A stretch of DNA of 63,170 nt, the filler included, from Anaerolineae bacterium (GTDB lineage Bacteria > Chloroflexota > Anaerolineae > Epilineales > Epilineaceae): assembly GCA_029262755.1 (NCBI GenBank). It is 6 parts of 6 records of this genome, joined end to end, with 100 filler letters (N's around TTAATTAATTAA, not from the genome) between each part and the next. Parts side by side here need not be neighbours in the genome. Positions count along the whole stretch, not along the records: positions 12,204 to 36,586 come from JAJCYU010000403.1; 5 more parts are not named here. One strand, written 5' to 3'. A model generated the notes under the pieces. The model did not search any database. It was not told where the DNA came from and saw only the letters and a list, made by a program, of their open reading frames with translations. A program made the translations under genes and the position numbers. Positions 21,331 through 31,226 of this stretch are shown here, one piece after another (the stretch's first letter is position 1; each line of letters starts with the position of its first letter).

Positions 21331-22857
21331 ATGCTGCAGTTCCTTCCCGCCATCGCCATTCTGGCTGTCTTCTTCGTCCTCGTGGTCTTTGCGTTCGTTT
21401 TCGCCCAGCGCTACATCAAGGTGGGCCCGAACGAGGTGCTTGTTGTCTCGGGTCGCAAGCGTATGGTGGTCGACCCGCTCAGTCGGGAAAAAGTGGAGCG
21501 AAACTTCCGCGTCGTAAAGGGCGGTGGTTCGTTCATCATCCCCATCGTCGAGCGCGTCGACCGGATCTCGCTGGAGCTGATGACAATCGAGGTCGTCTCT
21601 CCCAAGGTCTACACGGTACTGGGTGTGCCCGTCACCGTGGACGGCGTCGCCCAGGTCAAGGTGCGGGGTGACGACGTATCGATTGCGACCGCGGCCGAGC
21701 AGTTCCTCTCCAAGTCGACGGTGCAGATCAAGAACGTCGCGCTTCAGACGCTTGAGGGCCACCTGCGCGCAATCCTAGGCACCCTGTCCGTGGAGGACAT
21801 CTACCGCGATCGTGACGCGTTCGCGCAGAAGGTCCAGGAAGTGGCCGCCGGTGACATGGCTAATATGGGCCTCACCATTATCAGCTTCACGATCAAGGAT
21901 ATTCGGGACGAAGAAGGCTACCTGGCGGCGCTGGGCAAGACACGTACGGCCGAGGTCAAGCGAGACGCAGCGATCGGCGAGGCCAACGCGGAGCGCGATG
22001 CACGCATCCAGGCCGCACGCGCGATGCAGGCAGCGCGCGAAGCCGAACTCATCGCCGAGACCCGGGTTGCGGAAGCCGACAAGGACTACCAGGTCCAGAA
22101 GGCGCAGTACGACGCCAAGGTGAACACGGAACGCGCCGAATCGGAGCTAGCCTACGATCTGCAGCAGAACATCACAACGCAGAAGGTGCGCGCCGAAGAG
22201 GTGCAGGTCGAGATCATCGACAAGCAGAAGCGCATCGAGCTGCAGCAGAGCGAGATCCAGCGCCGTGAGAAGGAGCTGGAGGCGACGATCCGCAAACCGG
22301 CGGAAGCCAAGCAGTACGAGATCGAAACGCTGGCCCGTGCGCGACGCACGCAGTTGGAGCAGGAAGCAGAGGGTGAGGCATCGGCCCGCCGAAGCCTGGG
22401 CGAAGGCGATGCAGCGGCGAGCCGCGCACGCGGCTTGGCCGAGGCGGAGGTCATCGAGGCACAGGGTAGGGCGGAGGCGCAAGCGAAGGCGCAGAAGGCC
22501 GCGGCCTGGAAGGAGTACGGACAGGCAGCCATCGTCGAGCAATTGCTGGCCAGGCTGCCGGAAGTGGCGGCTGCGATCGCCGCTCCGTTGGCCAAGACCG
22601 AGCGGATCGTGGTGATCGGTGGCGGCTCCGATGGCCGCGGGGCGGGAGCGAGCAAGATCACCGGCGACGTGACCGAAATCGTGGCCCAAGTGCCCGCGGT
22701 GATCGAAGCCCTGACCGGCGTAGATCTGATCGAGTCGATCAAAGGGCTTCCGGGTCTCAGCGACGCCGCTGTGAGCGATTCGCCTTCCGGCGCGACCGAC
22801 TCGGACGGCAGCGCGGAATCGGGCGCCACTTCATCGGACGCGCCTACGTCGAGCTAG
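21331..22857 (+). CDS. Flotillin / SPFH (band 7) protein
   Basis: AGGAG RBS; VGPNEVLVVSG, TLEGHLRAILG, EVKRDAAIGEA, EA/AEA coiled-coil repeats. Confidence 0.93.
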   Translation: MLQFLPAIAILAVFFVLVVFAFVFAQRYIKVGPNEVLVVSGRKRMVVDPLSREKVERNFRVVKGGGSFIIPIVERVDRISLELMTIEVVSPKVYTVLGVPVTVDGVAQVKVRGDDVSIATAAEQFLSKSTVQIKNVALQTLEGHLRAILGTLSVEDIYRDRDAFAQKVQEVAAGDMANMGLTIISFTIKDIRDEEGYLAALGKTRTAEVKRDAAIGEANAERDARIQAARAMQAAREAELIAETRVAEADKDYQVQKAQYDAKVNTERAESELAYDLQQNITTQKVRAEEVQVEIIDKQKRIELQQSEIQRREKELEATIRKPAEAKQYEIETLARARRTQLEQEAEGEASARRSLGEGDAAASRARGLAEAEVIEAQGRAEAQAKAQKAAAWKEYGQAAIVEQLLARLPEVAAAIAAPLAKTERIVVIGGGSDGRGAGASKITGDVTEIVAQVPAVIEALTGVDLIESIKGLPGLSDAAVSDSPSGATDSDGSAESGATSSDAPTSS

Positions 22858-22920
22858 CGGCGCGCCACTGCATAGGTACGCCATCCAAAACAAGGTCCTG
22901 AACAGGTCCGCAACGGTGAT

Positions 22921-22947
22921 GGAAGGCGACCCTTTGGGTCGCCTTCC
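22921..22947 (+). terminator. Hairpin after flotillin
   Basis: GGAAGGCGACCC-ttt-GGGTCGCCTTCC 12-bp perfect stem. Confidence 0.6.
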
Positions 22948-22970
22948 CGCTGCGTTGCACGCTCGTTGAA

Positions 22971-22979
22971 TGGTATACT
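22971..22979 (+). promoter_or_regulatory. Extended -10 promoter candidate for the 23190 gene
   Basis: TG-g-TATACT just after the hairpin, implying a ~200-nt 5' leader. Confidence 0.5.
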
Positions 22980-23189
22980 TGCCCCGCATCCGGAATCCCC
23001 GCAACCGGAATTCGTAGCCGCCCGAATCGGTGCAAAGCCACCGTATCACTCCGGGTGGGCTCGTCGTCATACACCACGGGACCGAGCGCCCATTCGGCGA
23101 GCAGGTCCTAGAGTACGCGTTGCCAACATCGCCTCATTCGGCATCGGCCGACGTCCTTATTTCGTTGCGATGGTCCTTGGAGGTTCTCG

Positions 23190-25700
23190 ATGCACGCCAT
23201 GTTCGGCGTCGCTTCCCGACGCAATTCACGTAGTTCGCGGTCCTGGCTGTTCGGCATGGCGCTCTCGTGTGGACTGGTCTTGGGACTCGTACCCTCGCAC
23301 GTAGCCGAAGCCCAGATTCCGCCGATCGGCGGCAGCCGAACTCCGCCCGGTGGACACAACAGTGGCGTGCAGCCCAACAACCAGCTTGGCTGCCAGGTGC
23401 ACCTGCCCATCCTCGACTTTTTGGGGCAGGACGATGTCTGCGACTCTTGGATCGAAGTGCAGAACGTAGGCTGTGAGTATGCGAAGGCGGCCCTCGTAGC
23501 GTGGGGCGAGCCGGGCTTTTGCCCGCCGCAGGCAGCCGGCCCATTGAAGGTGGAGTGCACGGGTCTGCTTCGTCCCGGTAGCACATGGAACTTTATCGGC
23601 GCCCAGATCCCAACGGGTACCAAGAGCGGTATCGTCTTCAAGTTCAGCGCGCGCCAGCTCTCCGAAATCGGTGTCAATCTGGGCTTCGACGACATCATCG
23701 GCGACTACCTATGCGAGACGCTGTTTTTCGGCGTCGTGGGTGACGCGGACGATTACCGGCGCTTCAAGAAGGCATACAACGAGGGCCTGGAATTCGCCGG
23801 CGTACCGCTGGACGTTGGTCGCGGCGTTGGCTTCCTCGCCGTCGACGTGCTGCGCCGATGCCCGGGCGATGAGACGCCCGGCGTCGAGGTCACCTCGAAG
23901 TACAACGGTATCGCGGGCACGCACTTGGGTGTCCACGATCCCGTTTTCGGCGGCTACGGCTACTACGTGCCCTTGATCTACGCCGACAGCGCCGGCTTCA
24001 ACACCTTGATGTATATCCAGAATGGCGGCATCCAGTGCAGTTCGCTCGAGGTGTGGTTCAAGGCCCGTGACGACTGTTTGCGTGCCTCAATCTGCGACAT
24101 CGCGACGCTCGCCCCCGGCGAGACATTCCAGCTTGATGCAAGCGACTGCGTTGGACCGGACTTCCAAGGCAACGCCTGGATCCGCTCCAGCCAGCCCATG
24201 GGTGTCACGGTCGACATCGTGGGCCGCGACGTGCTGATGACCTACATCGGCGAACCGTCCGAGATCAACTACACCTACGATCCCGACAACCCCTATTTCT
24301 CGGCCGGCAATACGGTAGGCTTCGGCCCTCTTGTATACAGCGAGTACCAGGGTTGGGACTCCGGTATCCAGGTGCAGAATCTCTCGGCCGTCACGGCCGC
24401 CAAGGTCAAGGTTTACTTCTTGGACCGGGGCGGAGCGATCGTCACCACCCTCGTCGACTGGGTGTGTCCGCGCGGCAGCCAGACGTTCTTCTTGCCGGTG
24501 ATCTACGATCTGCCCGGTGTTTGGGCCGGCAGCGTTCGTGTGGAGAGCCAGGAGTGGTTCACACCTGGCGCGCCGTTGGTTCGTGGCCCCAACATCGTGG
24601 CCATTGCGATGCTGATCAAGTACAGCGACACGGCGCGCACGGATGCCACAGAGGCCATTGCTTACAACCTGTTGCCGGAGCACAAGCTCTTCGACTGGCA
24701 GATCGCGCCGGGAACCAATGGCGGTCTCGAGTCGGGCATCGGTCTCGTGGCCATTCCTTCGCTGCTGAAGGACCTTCGCCACTCGGGCGTCACAAGCGAG
24801 CTCGCGATTACAAACGTCGTCCCGAAACCGGGCTTCACGGACTTCGCGATTCTGATCTATGACCAGAACGGAATGCTCGACTATATCTGCCAGAAGCTCA
24901 ACGAGAAGCAGGTCGAGTACATCGATTTGCAGCGATGGGGCTATCTCAACAGCGGGTTCAAGGGTTCGGCGATCATCAGCGCCGTCTTCTGGGAGCATGA
25001 CGTCTTCGATCCGCTCGGCAAGTTCGAGCGCAATCTCGTCGGCTTGGCTGCCATGACCATCGAGCGCAGCGGCACGAAGCTCGGCGAGGACATCCCGGGC
25101 GACGAGGCGGCTGGTTCGCGCGGTATCCCGTTCTCCTTGGCCCAGGTTCGAGGCGACCTCTGCCTCTACAGCTTCGCGGGGCCCTTCGGGCTCTCCTGCC
25201 CGGGTGTGCCTGGATTTCGGCAGGCCGATCCCTACGCGTGCCCCGATACCCGCACCGTAAGCTGCCGCGATTGCCCGCTTGCGATTCCGGACGGCGGCGC
25301 TGTCATGGCACGCGTTGCCCTCGACGTGCCGATTGGTTGTCAGATCGAAGATCTCGACATTCGTCTAGACATCAACCACCCGTCGGTCGGCGATCTCGTC
25401 GTTTCGTTGGGCAAGGGCAACAACCCGCCCGGCGCGCTACCGTTCACACCGGTGTTCTCTCAAGTGTGCGGCTTCGCCGACAACATTCAGGCGGTGTTGG
25501 ATGACGACGCACCGCAAGCAATCGGTAGCGTGTGTCCGCCGGCGGGCTTCCAGCGCTTCCGCAGCCAGTCCGGCCGGGCGCTCAACAGCTTCGACGGCAA
25601 GATCGCTCGCAGCGAGTGGACGTTGCGCATCGAAGACGTTTCCGCCTTCGGCAGCGGTCGGCTCGAAGACTTCAGCCTCGAGTTCTCGCTGGGTCGATAG
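23190..25700 (+). CDS. Secreted Cys-rich protein with tandem beta-sandwich repeats and C-terminal proprotein-convertase P-domain
   Basis: GGAGG RBS; signal peptide ending AEA|Q; repeats IEVQNVG / MYIQNGG / IQVQNLS / LAITNVV; P-domain motifs LDINHPSVGDLVVSL and WTLRIED...GRLEDFSLEF. Confidence 0.8.
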   Translation: MHAMFGVASRRNSRSSRSWLFGMALSCGLVLGLVPSHVAEAQIPPIGGSRTPPGGHNSGVQPNNQLGCQVHLPILDFLGQDDVCDSWIEVQNVGCEYAKAALVAWGEPGFCPPQAAGPLKVECTGLLRPGSTWNFIGAQIPTGTKSGIVFKFSARQLSEIGVNLGFDDIIGDYLCETLFFGVVGDADDYRRFKKAYNEGLEFAGVPLDVGRGVGFLAVDVLRRCPGDETPGVEVTSKYNGIAGTHLGVHDPVFGGYGYYVPLIYADSAGFNTLMYIQNGGIQCSSLEVWFKARDDCLRASICDIATLAPGETFQLDASDCVGPDFQGNAWIRSSQPMGVTVDIVGRDVLMTYIGEPSEINYTYDPDNPYFSAGNTVGFGPLVYSEYQGWDSGIQVQNLSAVTAAKVKVYFLDRGGAIVTTLVDWVCPRGSQTFFLPVIYDLPGVWAGSVRVESQEWFTPGAPLVRGPNIVAIAMLIKYSDTARTDATEAIAYNLLPEHKLFDWQIAPGTNGGLESGIGLVAIPSLLKDLRHSGVTSELAITNVVPKPGFTDFAILIYDQNGMLDYICQKLNEKQVEYIDLQRWGYLNSGFKGSAIISAVFWEHDVFDPLGKFERNLVGLAAMTIERSGTKLGEDIPGDEAAGSRGIPFSLAQVRGDLCLYSFAGPFGLSCPGVPGFRQADPYACPDTRTVSCRDCPLAIPDGGAVMARVALDVPIGCQIEDLDIRLDINHPSVGDLVVSLGKGNNPPGALPFTPVFSQVCGFADNIQAVLDDDAPQAIGSVCPPAGFQRFRSQSGRALNSFDGKIARSEWTLRIEDVSAFGSGRLEDFSLEFSLGR

Positions 25701-25749
25701 CGGCGTGAGGTAAGGCGAGCGCGACCTTGTTCCAATTGAAGGCCAATTT

Positions 25750-25782
25750 CCAAGCGGCGGAGCGTGATGCTCCGCCGTTTGG
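25750..25782 (+). terminator. Hairpin after the 23190 gene
   Basis: CCAAGCGGCGGAGC-gtgat-GCTCCGCCGTTTGG. Confidence 0.55.
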
Positions 25783-25907
25783 CTTGCTGGGAACCGGAGT
25801 GCGCCGTGGTGTGTCAACCCTAGAGAGCGCGCAAGGGCTTCGTGAACCTGAGGCCCGGCCGCTCGGTTGACCGGGAGCAATGACCCGCCCCAGGATCTCA
25901 GGAGGCC

Positions 25908-27131
25908 TTGATGACCCTGCCTATGCTCGGACCACGTGTTCGAAGAGGCATCCACCGCCGCATTTTCACCCGTGCTGCAGTCGTTTTCTCCTTCCTGCTC
26001 GTTGTCGTGGGGACCACGGGCAGCCCGTCGATCGTGTCGGCCCAAGGCGCTTCGCCTTCGTTCGACCAGATTGAGGCCGATATCGGCCCCGGAGCGGGTA
26101 GCAACGCCCGGCTCCTGGTTTGGAGCGAGGACCGCGGCGCGGGGCCGCGCCTCTATGCGAAGCGCGTGTGGACCAACGGAATCCCGCTCGGCGGCGCATC
26201 GGGTGGTGAGTACGAGCTGACCGCACCGACCGGCGAGGGCCTGTTCGCGGGCCAGAAGGGCGCCCAACGGTGGCCGACGTTGGTCAGCGTGAAGAACGGC
26301 CGACGCCAAACCGAACTCGTCGTATGGAGCGAGCAGGTGCCCGGCGCAAACAACTTTGACATTTACGCGCAGCGCCTCGCGGGCAACGGCCGCGCCTATG
26401 GCCGTGCGCATGCCATCGTGACCGGGCCGGGCGACCAGGTGCAGCCCGACGTGATCGGTACCCCCGAAGGCTATCTGGTGGTCTATAGCGAGGACAGCGC
26501 CGACGCCGGCGATATCATGGCGCAGCGGGTCAGCACGGCCCTCACGCCGCGGGGCGTTCCCTACGCGATCGCGCAGGGGCCCGGCGTCGCTACCGAGCCG
26601 GAGCTGGGCACCTCGTATACCAACCGCGGCATTGGTGAGGCGCTGCTCGTGATCTTCACGTACGTGCCGGATGGTGCGACGCACAGTGATATCTACGCGG
26701 TTCGCTCCTCGTCTATCGGCGTTCCACTCGGCGGTGCCGCCAACATCTTCCCGGTGATCGAAACGCCGGACGTGGACGAATCCACGCCCCACCTGGCTGC
26801 AGGCAACTTCGGTGTTGGTTCGCGGGCACGCGATCAAATCCGAGACGGCTACACGAGCCTGTTGCTCTACACGCGCGAAGATCCCGCCGACGCAGAGGGT
26901 CAGGACGTGATGGGTGTCCGATTCCAGACCGTGGGCTTCACCACGGGCAAGCCGGTCGTCGTGGCCGCGGGGCAGAACGCACAAGCGGCTCCAACGTCTG
27001 CGCAGCTCGACGATCGCACATGGGTCGTCGTGTGGCAGGAAGATGGCACGGGCTCCTTCGATCTGCAGAGCCTACGCGTTCGAAGCAACGGCGTACCGTA
27101 TCGCAGCGGGCGTGCGTTGGCCGCCGACTGA
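25908..27131 (+). CDS. Secreted repeat protein (probable beta-propeller)
   Basis: AGGAGG RBS; signal peptide; recurring LVVWSE...DIYAQR..xxG blades. Confidence 0.75.
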   Translation: MMTLPMLGPRVRRGIHRRIFTRAAVVFSFLLVVVGTTGSPSIVSAQGASPSFDQIEADIGPGAGSNARLLVWSEDRGAGPRLYAKRVWTNGIPLGGASGGEYELTAPTGEGLFAGQKGAQRWPTLVSVKNGRRQTELVVWSEQVPGANNFDIYAQRLAGNGRAYGRAHAIVTGPGDQVQPDVIGTPEGYLVVYSEDSADAGDIMAQRVSTALTPRGVPYAIAQGPGVATEPELGTSYTNRGIGEALLVIFTYVPDGATHSDIYAVRSSSIGVPLGGAANIFPVIETPDVDESTPHLAAGNFGVGSRARDQIRDGYTSLLLYTREDPADAEGQDVMGVRFQTVGFTTGKPVVVAAGQNAQAAPTSAQLDDRTWVVVWQEDGTGSFDLQSLRVRSNGVPYRSGRALAAD

Positions 27132-27156
27132 ACCGCGGCATTGATCATGCGGTACC

Positions 27157-27191
27157 CATGGCCGGCACGGCTTCGCTCCGTGCCGGCCATG
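27157..27191 (+). terminator. Hairpin after the 25908 gene
   Basis: CATGGCCGGCACGG...CCGTGCCGGCCATG 14-bp perfect stem. Confidence 0.6.
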
Positions 27192-27231
27192 TGCTTGTCC
27201 ACAGAGGGGGGCTCGTGCCAAACTGCTGCCC

Positions 27232-30171
27232 ATGACACGGGTTCGATGGAGATTCGATGACGGCTCCGCCGGCGCGGGCCAGGACCACCCGGACGTGCGG
27301 TGGGCGCGCCCGGACGATCCGGGCCATGGGCCGAGATCCGGTGAGGTTGGCGCGGAAGAGCGGCAGCACCCGCCGAACGTCAGCCCGGCAAATCAAGGGG
27401 AGCCGGTTCGAACGAACGGACCTGGTCGGCACCGGCATCTGCGCCGACGCAGGTTCGCGCTGGCCGTAGCCGCCGTCACCGCAGGCGCCACGATTCTTGT
27501 GGCCGCTCGTGTCGCGGGCAACGCGCGCCTTTTGGCACGGGTCGAGGGTGAGGTAAGCCGAGCGGTGTCCCTGGAACGGCAAGCCCTCGGCGCGGGCGAT
27601 CAGGCGGTTTGGAGCACGCTGCAGTGGAACGCGGACTATCCGAAGGCACGCCGCCGTTATCGCGCCGGCGTGGTCGGCCCCGCGCCCAGCTTGCGGCCCG
27701 TGGAAACATCGCTCCGTTCGATTGACGTTGATGCGGATGTCGCGGGAGCGCGAGCGGCGGGTGGTCAGATTGATCGAGCAGAGGTGCGGGTGGTCGGTCC
27801 CGTCGAGGCGATATCGCCGGGCGGCGCTGTTCCGGCCGGCTTGTTCGCCGAGAGCGCTTCGTGGCGACGAGCCGAAGACGGCACCTGGCTTCGCCTAGCG
27901 CAACGGCCCGAAGAGCTAGCTCGCTGGCCAGACACCATGCCGAGTCCTGAGCAATTGGTGCCCCTAATAGAGGCTGGGGGTGAAGCGGCCACCGACATGT
28001 CGCGCGCCGCTGCCGAGGAAGTTGCGGCCGCCATCGTGGGCCGGCTGGAGTCGTTGCGCCGGGACGTTCGCTCCGGTGGTAGCGAAACCATCCCGCGCCT
28101 GGCAACCAAGCATCTGGCGCTGCAATTTCATCCCGCCGATGAGGCGGTCGCTGCCGATCTCGCGGCGCGCCTGGAGCCGGTTCTCGCGCGGCGGTGCCGA
28201 TTGTTGGACCAGGGTGGATGCAGGCGCGCCGAGGTCTCGTTGACGATCGATACACCCGGAGCAGCCTTCGTTGTGCCTGGGGCGGGATATCGCCTCGCGT
28301 CGCCCGCAGCGTCGCTCACCCCTGTGGATGAAGAAGCGCGAATTGCCTATGCGCGCGCAGTGCTTCGCGTGATCCTGCGGGACGGCACGCGCCAGCCGCG
28401 GGCGATCGAGGTCGCGTTGGTCGACAGGCTCCTTGCCGAGCTTGGGATGGACGATGCGCCCATGGACTTTGAGTCGGATCCGAAGAAGGGTTCCGATCCG
28501 AACGTTGCCGATGCCAGCGGCAACATGGCGCTACCACCGGACTCTTGGCGGATGTGGCGCCACCTCCGCCCATCGGTCGACGCGTTGGGCGGCAGCGCCG
28601 GCGTCTCCCCGCAGCAACGGGTCGCTGCTGCGCAGGCTGAGGTCACATGGGAGGCAACACGGGCATGGGCTCGACATCTTGCAGACGCGGCCGGCTATGC
28701 GGGAACGGAGCGTCTCATCCGCGACCTGGAAGGCGGGCGGGGTTCTTCCCTCCTCTCTTGGCTGCGCCCCGTGCTCGACGAGGCAGCCCTCGGCGTCGCG
28801 CTCGCGTGGGGGGGGACGCTACCAGATTGGCAGGGCGCACCCCAGATCGTGCGTTGCGATTTAGACGCGGACCCGATCTTGTTGGCCGAGCCTCTCGGGC
28901 AGCCCGTGGATCTGCGGAGCGCGATGTGCTCGGCGAGCGAGATTGCTGCCGGCACCGTCGTCTCCCCGGACGGCTCGATCGTAGCCGTGGCCTGCCGTCC
29001 ACCGCGGCGAGGGATCGCGGAAGGGAGGATCGTGTTGGCCCGGATTGAGGGCGACGGAACGCTAAACGTGCCGGACAAGCTCGGGTTTCCTGCTCGGTTC
29101 GACTGCTGCCTACGTTGGCGGGGAGACGATGAGCTGGTCTGGAATGCCGCGGGACTCTCGCGCGGCTTGCGACGAGCCGAATGGCACGGCGCCGTGGTCG
29201 ATCGCGACCGCGCTCGCATGGGCCGCATCGGTGTCCTTGCGCGGTGGGAGCCGAACGGTTGGCAGAGCCTTCATGCACCATCCGAGGGTTGGTCGCCGGA
29301 CGGTAGTTCCGTTGTCGTGCGTGGGGCCGCCGAGGGCCGTGAACGGATTGCCGTGTTTGATGCGCCAGGCATCGTGGCAGCAGCTAGCGGCGCTGCAGAT
29401 GATGGTGCGCCGGAGACGCGGGGCCTACTGGATCAGCCCTTCGTGCCCCGCTGGGAAGCGTTCGGCTCTCAACCCCAGTGGTTCCCAGACGGGTCACACC
29501 TGGTGTTCGTCGTGATGGACCGTTCGGAGGGTTCGCTCACCGTAGTGCGGGCATCGGACGGCGCGGTCGTGGACGCACTCTCGTTCGAAGAAGTAGGTGC
29601 AGAGCCCGAACAACCCGACCCAAACAGCGCGCACCTTCCTTCGAACGTGATGCTCGCAGGGACAGCCGCAGATGCTTCCATCGGCTTCGTCGTAGTCGGT
29701 GCCGGTCAACCTGCGCCCGTGCATGCGTGGACGTGGCGGCCAAGAATCACCGGGGGCCCTTCAGACACCGCCGATATCGAATTGGAATCAGAACCGATAC
29801 AGGCGGACGTTGCGGTCTCGAGTCAGGTTCCCGTGATGGCAGGATTGACACGTCATGCGGAGTTGGCGGAATCGCTCTGGGCCTGGCGAGATGGGCTCGC
29901 GCTGATGGAACCGCGCATCAAGACGTTTCTAACTCGACGTGGCGGAGATGCCGACCTTTGGCTTGAGCCCACGGCGACTCGTCGTTTCGGCGAGGACGGA
30001 CGCTGGACCGAGCTTCCTCCCGCTGCCGTGGGTGTTCGCCAATCGGACCGGGCCGCGTGGGTTGTCGAAAGCGATGGGCTCACGCTTCGGGAAGACGGAG
30101 GTGAAGTCATCTGGTCGTTGCGCGGACCCGGCTGCTTGCCCGAGGTTGAGGAACCGTGGGGCTCCGACTGA
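27232..30171 (+). CDS. Large membrane-anchored hypothetical protein with TolB/PD40-like repeats in the C-terminal half
   Basis: RRRRF plus TM helix; VSPDGS, WSPDGS, WFPDGS motifs. Confidence 0.7.
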   Translation: MTRVRWRFDDGSAGAGQDHPDVRWARPDDPGHGPRSGEVGAEERQHPPNVSPANQGEPVRTNGPGRHRHLRRRRFALAVAAVTAGATILVAARVAGNARLLARVEGEVSRAVSLERQALGAGDQAVWSTLQWNADYPKARRRYRAGVVGPAPSLRPVETSLRSIDVDADVAGARAAGGQIDRAEVRVVGPVEAISPGGAVPAGLFAESASWRRAEDGTWLRLAQRPEELARWPDTMPSPEQLVPLIEAGGEAATDMSRAAAEEVAAAIVGRLESLRRDVRSGGSETIPRLATKHLALQFHPADEAVAADLAARLEPVLARRCRLLDQGGCRRAEVSLTIDTPGAAFVVPGAGYRLASPAASLTPVDEEARIAYARAVLRVILRDGTRQPRAIEVALVDRLLAELGMDDAPMDFESDPKKGSDPNVADASGNMALPPDSWRMWRHLRPSVDALGGSAGVSPQQRVAAAQAEVTWEATRAWARHLADAAGYAGTERLIRDLEGGRGSSLLSWLRPVLDEAALGVALAWGGTLPDWQGAPQIVRCDLDADPILLAEPLGQPVDLRSAMCSASEIAAGTVVSPDGSIVAVACRPPRRGIAEGRIVLARIEGDGTLNVPDKLGFPARFDCCLRWRGDDELVWNAAGLSRGLRRAEWHGAVVDRDRARMGRIGVLARWEPNGWQSLHAPSEGWSPDGSSVVVRGAAEGRERIAVFDAPGIVAAASGAADDGAPETRGLLDQPFVPRWEAFGSQPQWFPDGSHLVFVVMDRSEGSLTVVRASDGAVVDALSFEEVGAEPEQPDPNSAHLPSNVMLAGTAADASIGFVVVGAGQPAPVHAWTWRPRITGGPSDTADIELESEPIQADVAVSSQVPVMAGLTRHAELAESLWAWRDGLALMEPRIKTFLTRRGGDADLWLEPTATRRFGEDGRWTELPPAAVGVRQSDRAAWVVESDGLTLREDGGEVIWSLRGPGCLPEVEEPWGSD

Positions 30172-30301
30172 CGTTGTAGGCATATCTCGCTCGTTGCGTT
30201 GAAGCGCGCGCGTGTCGCGAAACGTTGGCCCATCATCGCTCGGCCAGTCGCTACACTTGGTGCGCGCGTTACTCGAGCGCCCCCCTTGGAGTTGGGTTGC
30301 C

Positions 30302-31150
30302 ATGTCCGTCTTGTCCGTTTCCGAATCGAATTTCTACCGACGTTCCGTGGGACCCACGATGCTCGTGTTGGGCCTGTTCCTCATTGTGGGGTGCAGCGGA
30401 CCGCCATCGGAGTCCATCGACGACGCGGCGGCCGTGCCTTCGCCATTCGCTGCCGCGACGCAAGACACCCGCCTCGGCATCATCGAAGACGCTTCGCAGC
30501 CCATACAAGGCATCCAGCCGAATTCCGGCGGATCTTCGCTAGGAGCGGCATCGCAGCTTGCGCCGGTTCCGGCCGAACTCTTGGAAGAGCCGGCCGTTCT
30601 AGCGGCGCGCGACGCCCTGGCGCGTGACAAGGGTCTTGAACCGGCGGACATCGGCTTCGCCCGGGTCGAAGAGGTGACGTGGCCCGATAGCAGCCTTGGC
30701 TGCGCAAGTCCTGACGCGATGTACATGCCGGTGCTGACGCCGGGCTTTCGGGTGACGTTGGCGTTCCAAGATCAGGCTGCGATCTACCACACCGATCGCG
30801 GCCGTTCCGGTACGCCCATCGTCGTGCGCTGTGATCCCGGCCGCGATAGCGGCGCGGGACTACGCATGCTGGCCGGTGACGCGCTGGACGCGATGCGGCT
30901 GGACCTCGAGGAGCGATTCGGTACGAGCACGATTAGCCTCGACCGTGCCGGCGTTGTCGAGGTGCCCGCCTTGGGCTGCGATCCTCCGGGGACTCGCTCC
31001 TCAGGCACCGGCTTTGATGCGCTGCCGAAGATCATCCTGGAACACGTGTTTATCGTGGACGGCACCCGCCACTACTACCGCAGCTGGCTCGACGAATTCG
31101 TGTACTGCGGTGAGGTCGCCGCCACCATGCCACCTCCGACGGACGACTAG
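30302..31150 (+). CDS. Lipoprotein, unknown function
   Basis: Lipobox LIVG|C; motif VTWPDSSLGC...YMPVLTPGF...YHTD with a degenerate second copy (PALGC...YYRS); start may be 30359. Confidence 0.75.
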   Translation: MSVLSVSESNFYRRSVGPTMLVLGLFLIVGCSGPPSESIDDAAAVPSPFAAATQDTRLGIIEDASQPIQGIQPNSGGSSLGAASQLAPVPAELLEEPAVLAARDALARDKGLEPADIGFARVEEVTWPDSSLGCASPDAMYMPVLTPGFRVTLAFQDQAAIYHTDRGRSGTPIVVRCDPGRDSGAGLRMLAGDALDAMRLDLEERFGTSTISLDRAGVVEVPALGCDPPGTRSSGTGFDALPKIILEHVFIVDGTRHYYRSWLDEFVYCGEVAATMPPPTDD

Positions 31151-31226
31151 CTCCGCGGACGGACCGGCTCACGCTCTGCAACGCGGCACGGATCAAACGG
31201 TTGTTGTATGGCAACGGCTCAAGGGC

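Noticed and set aside
20544..22857. NfeD-flotillin pair as a novel system
   Set aside because: Well-known conserved operon (yuaF-floT type)
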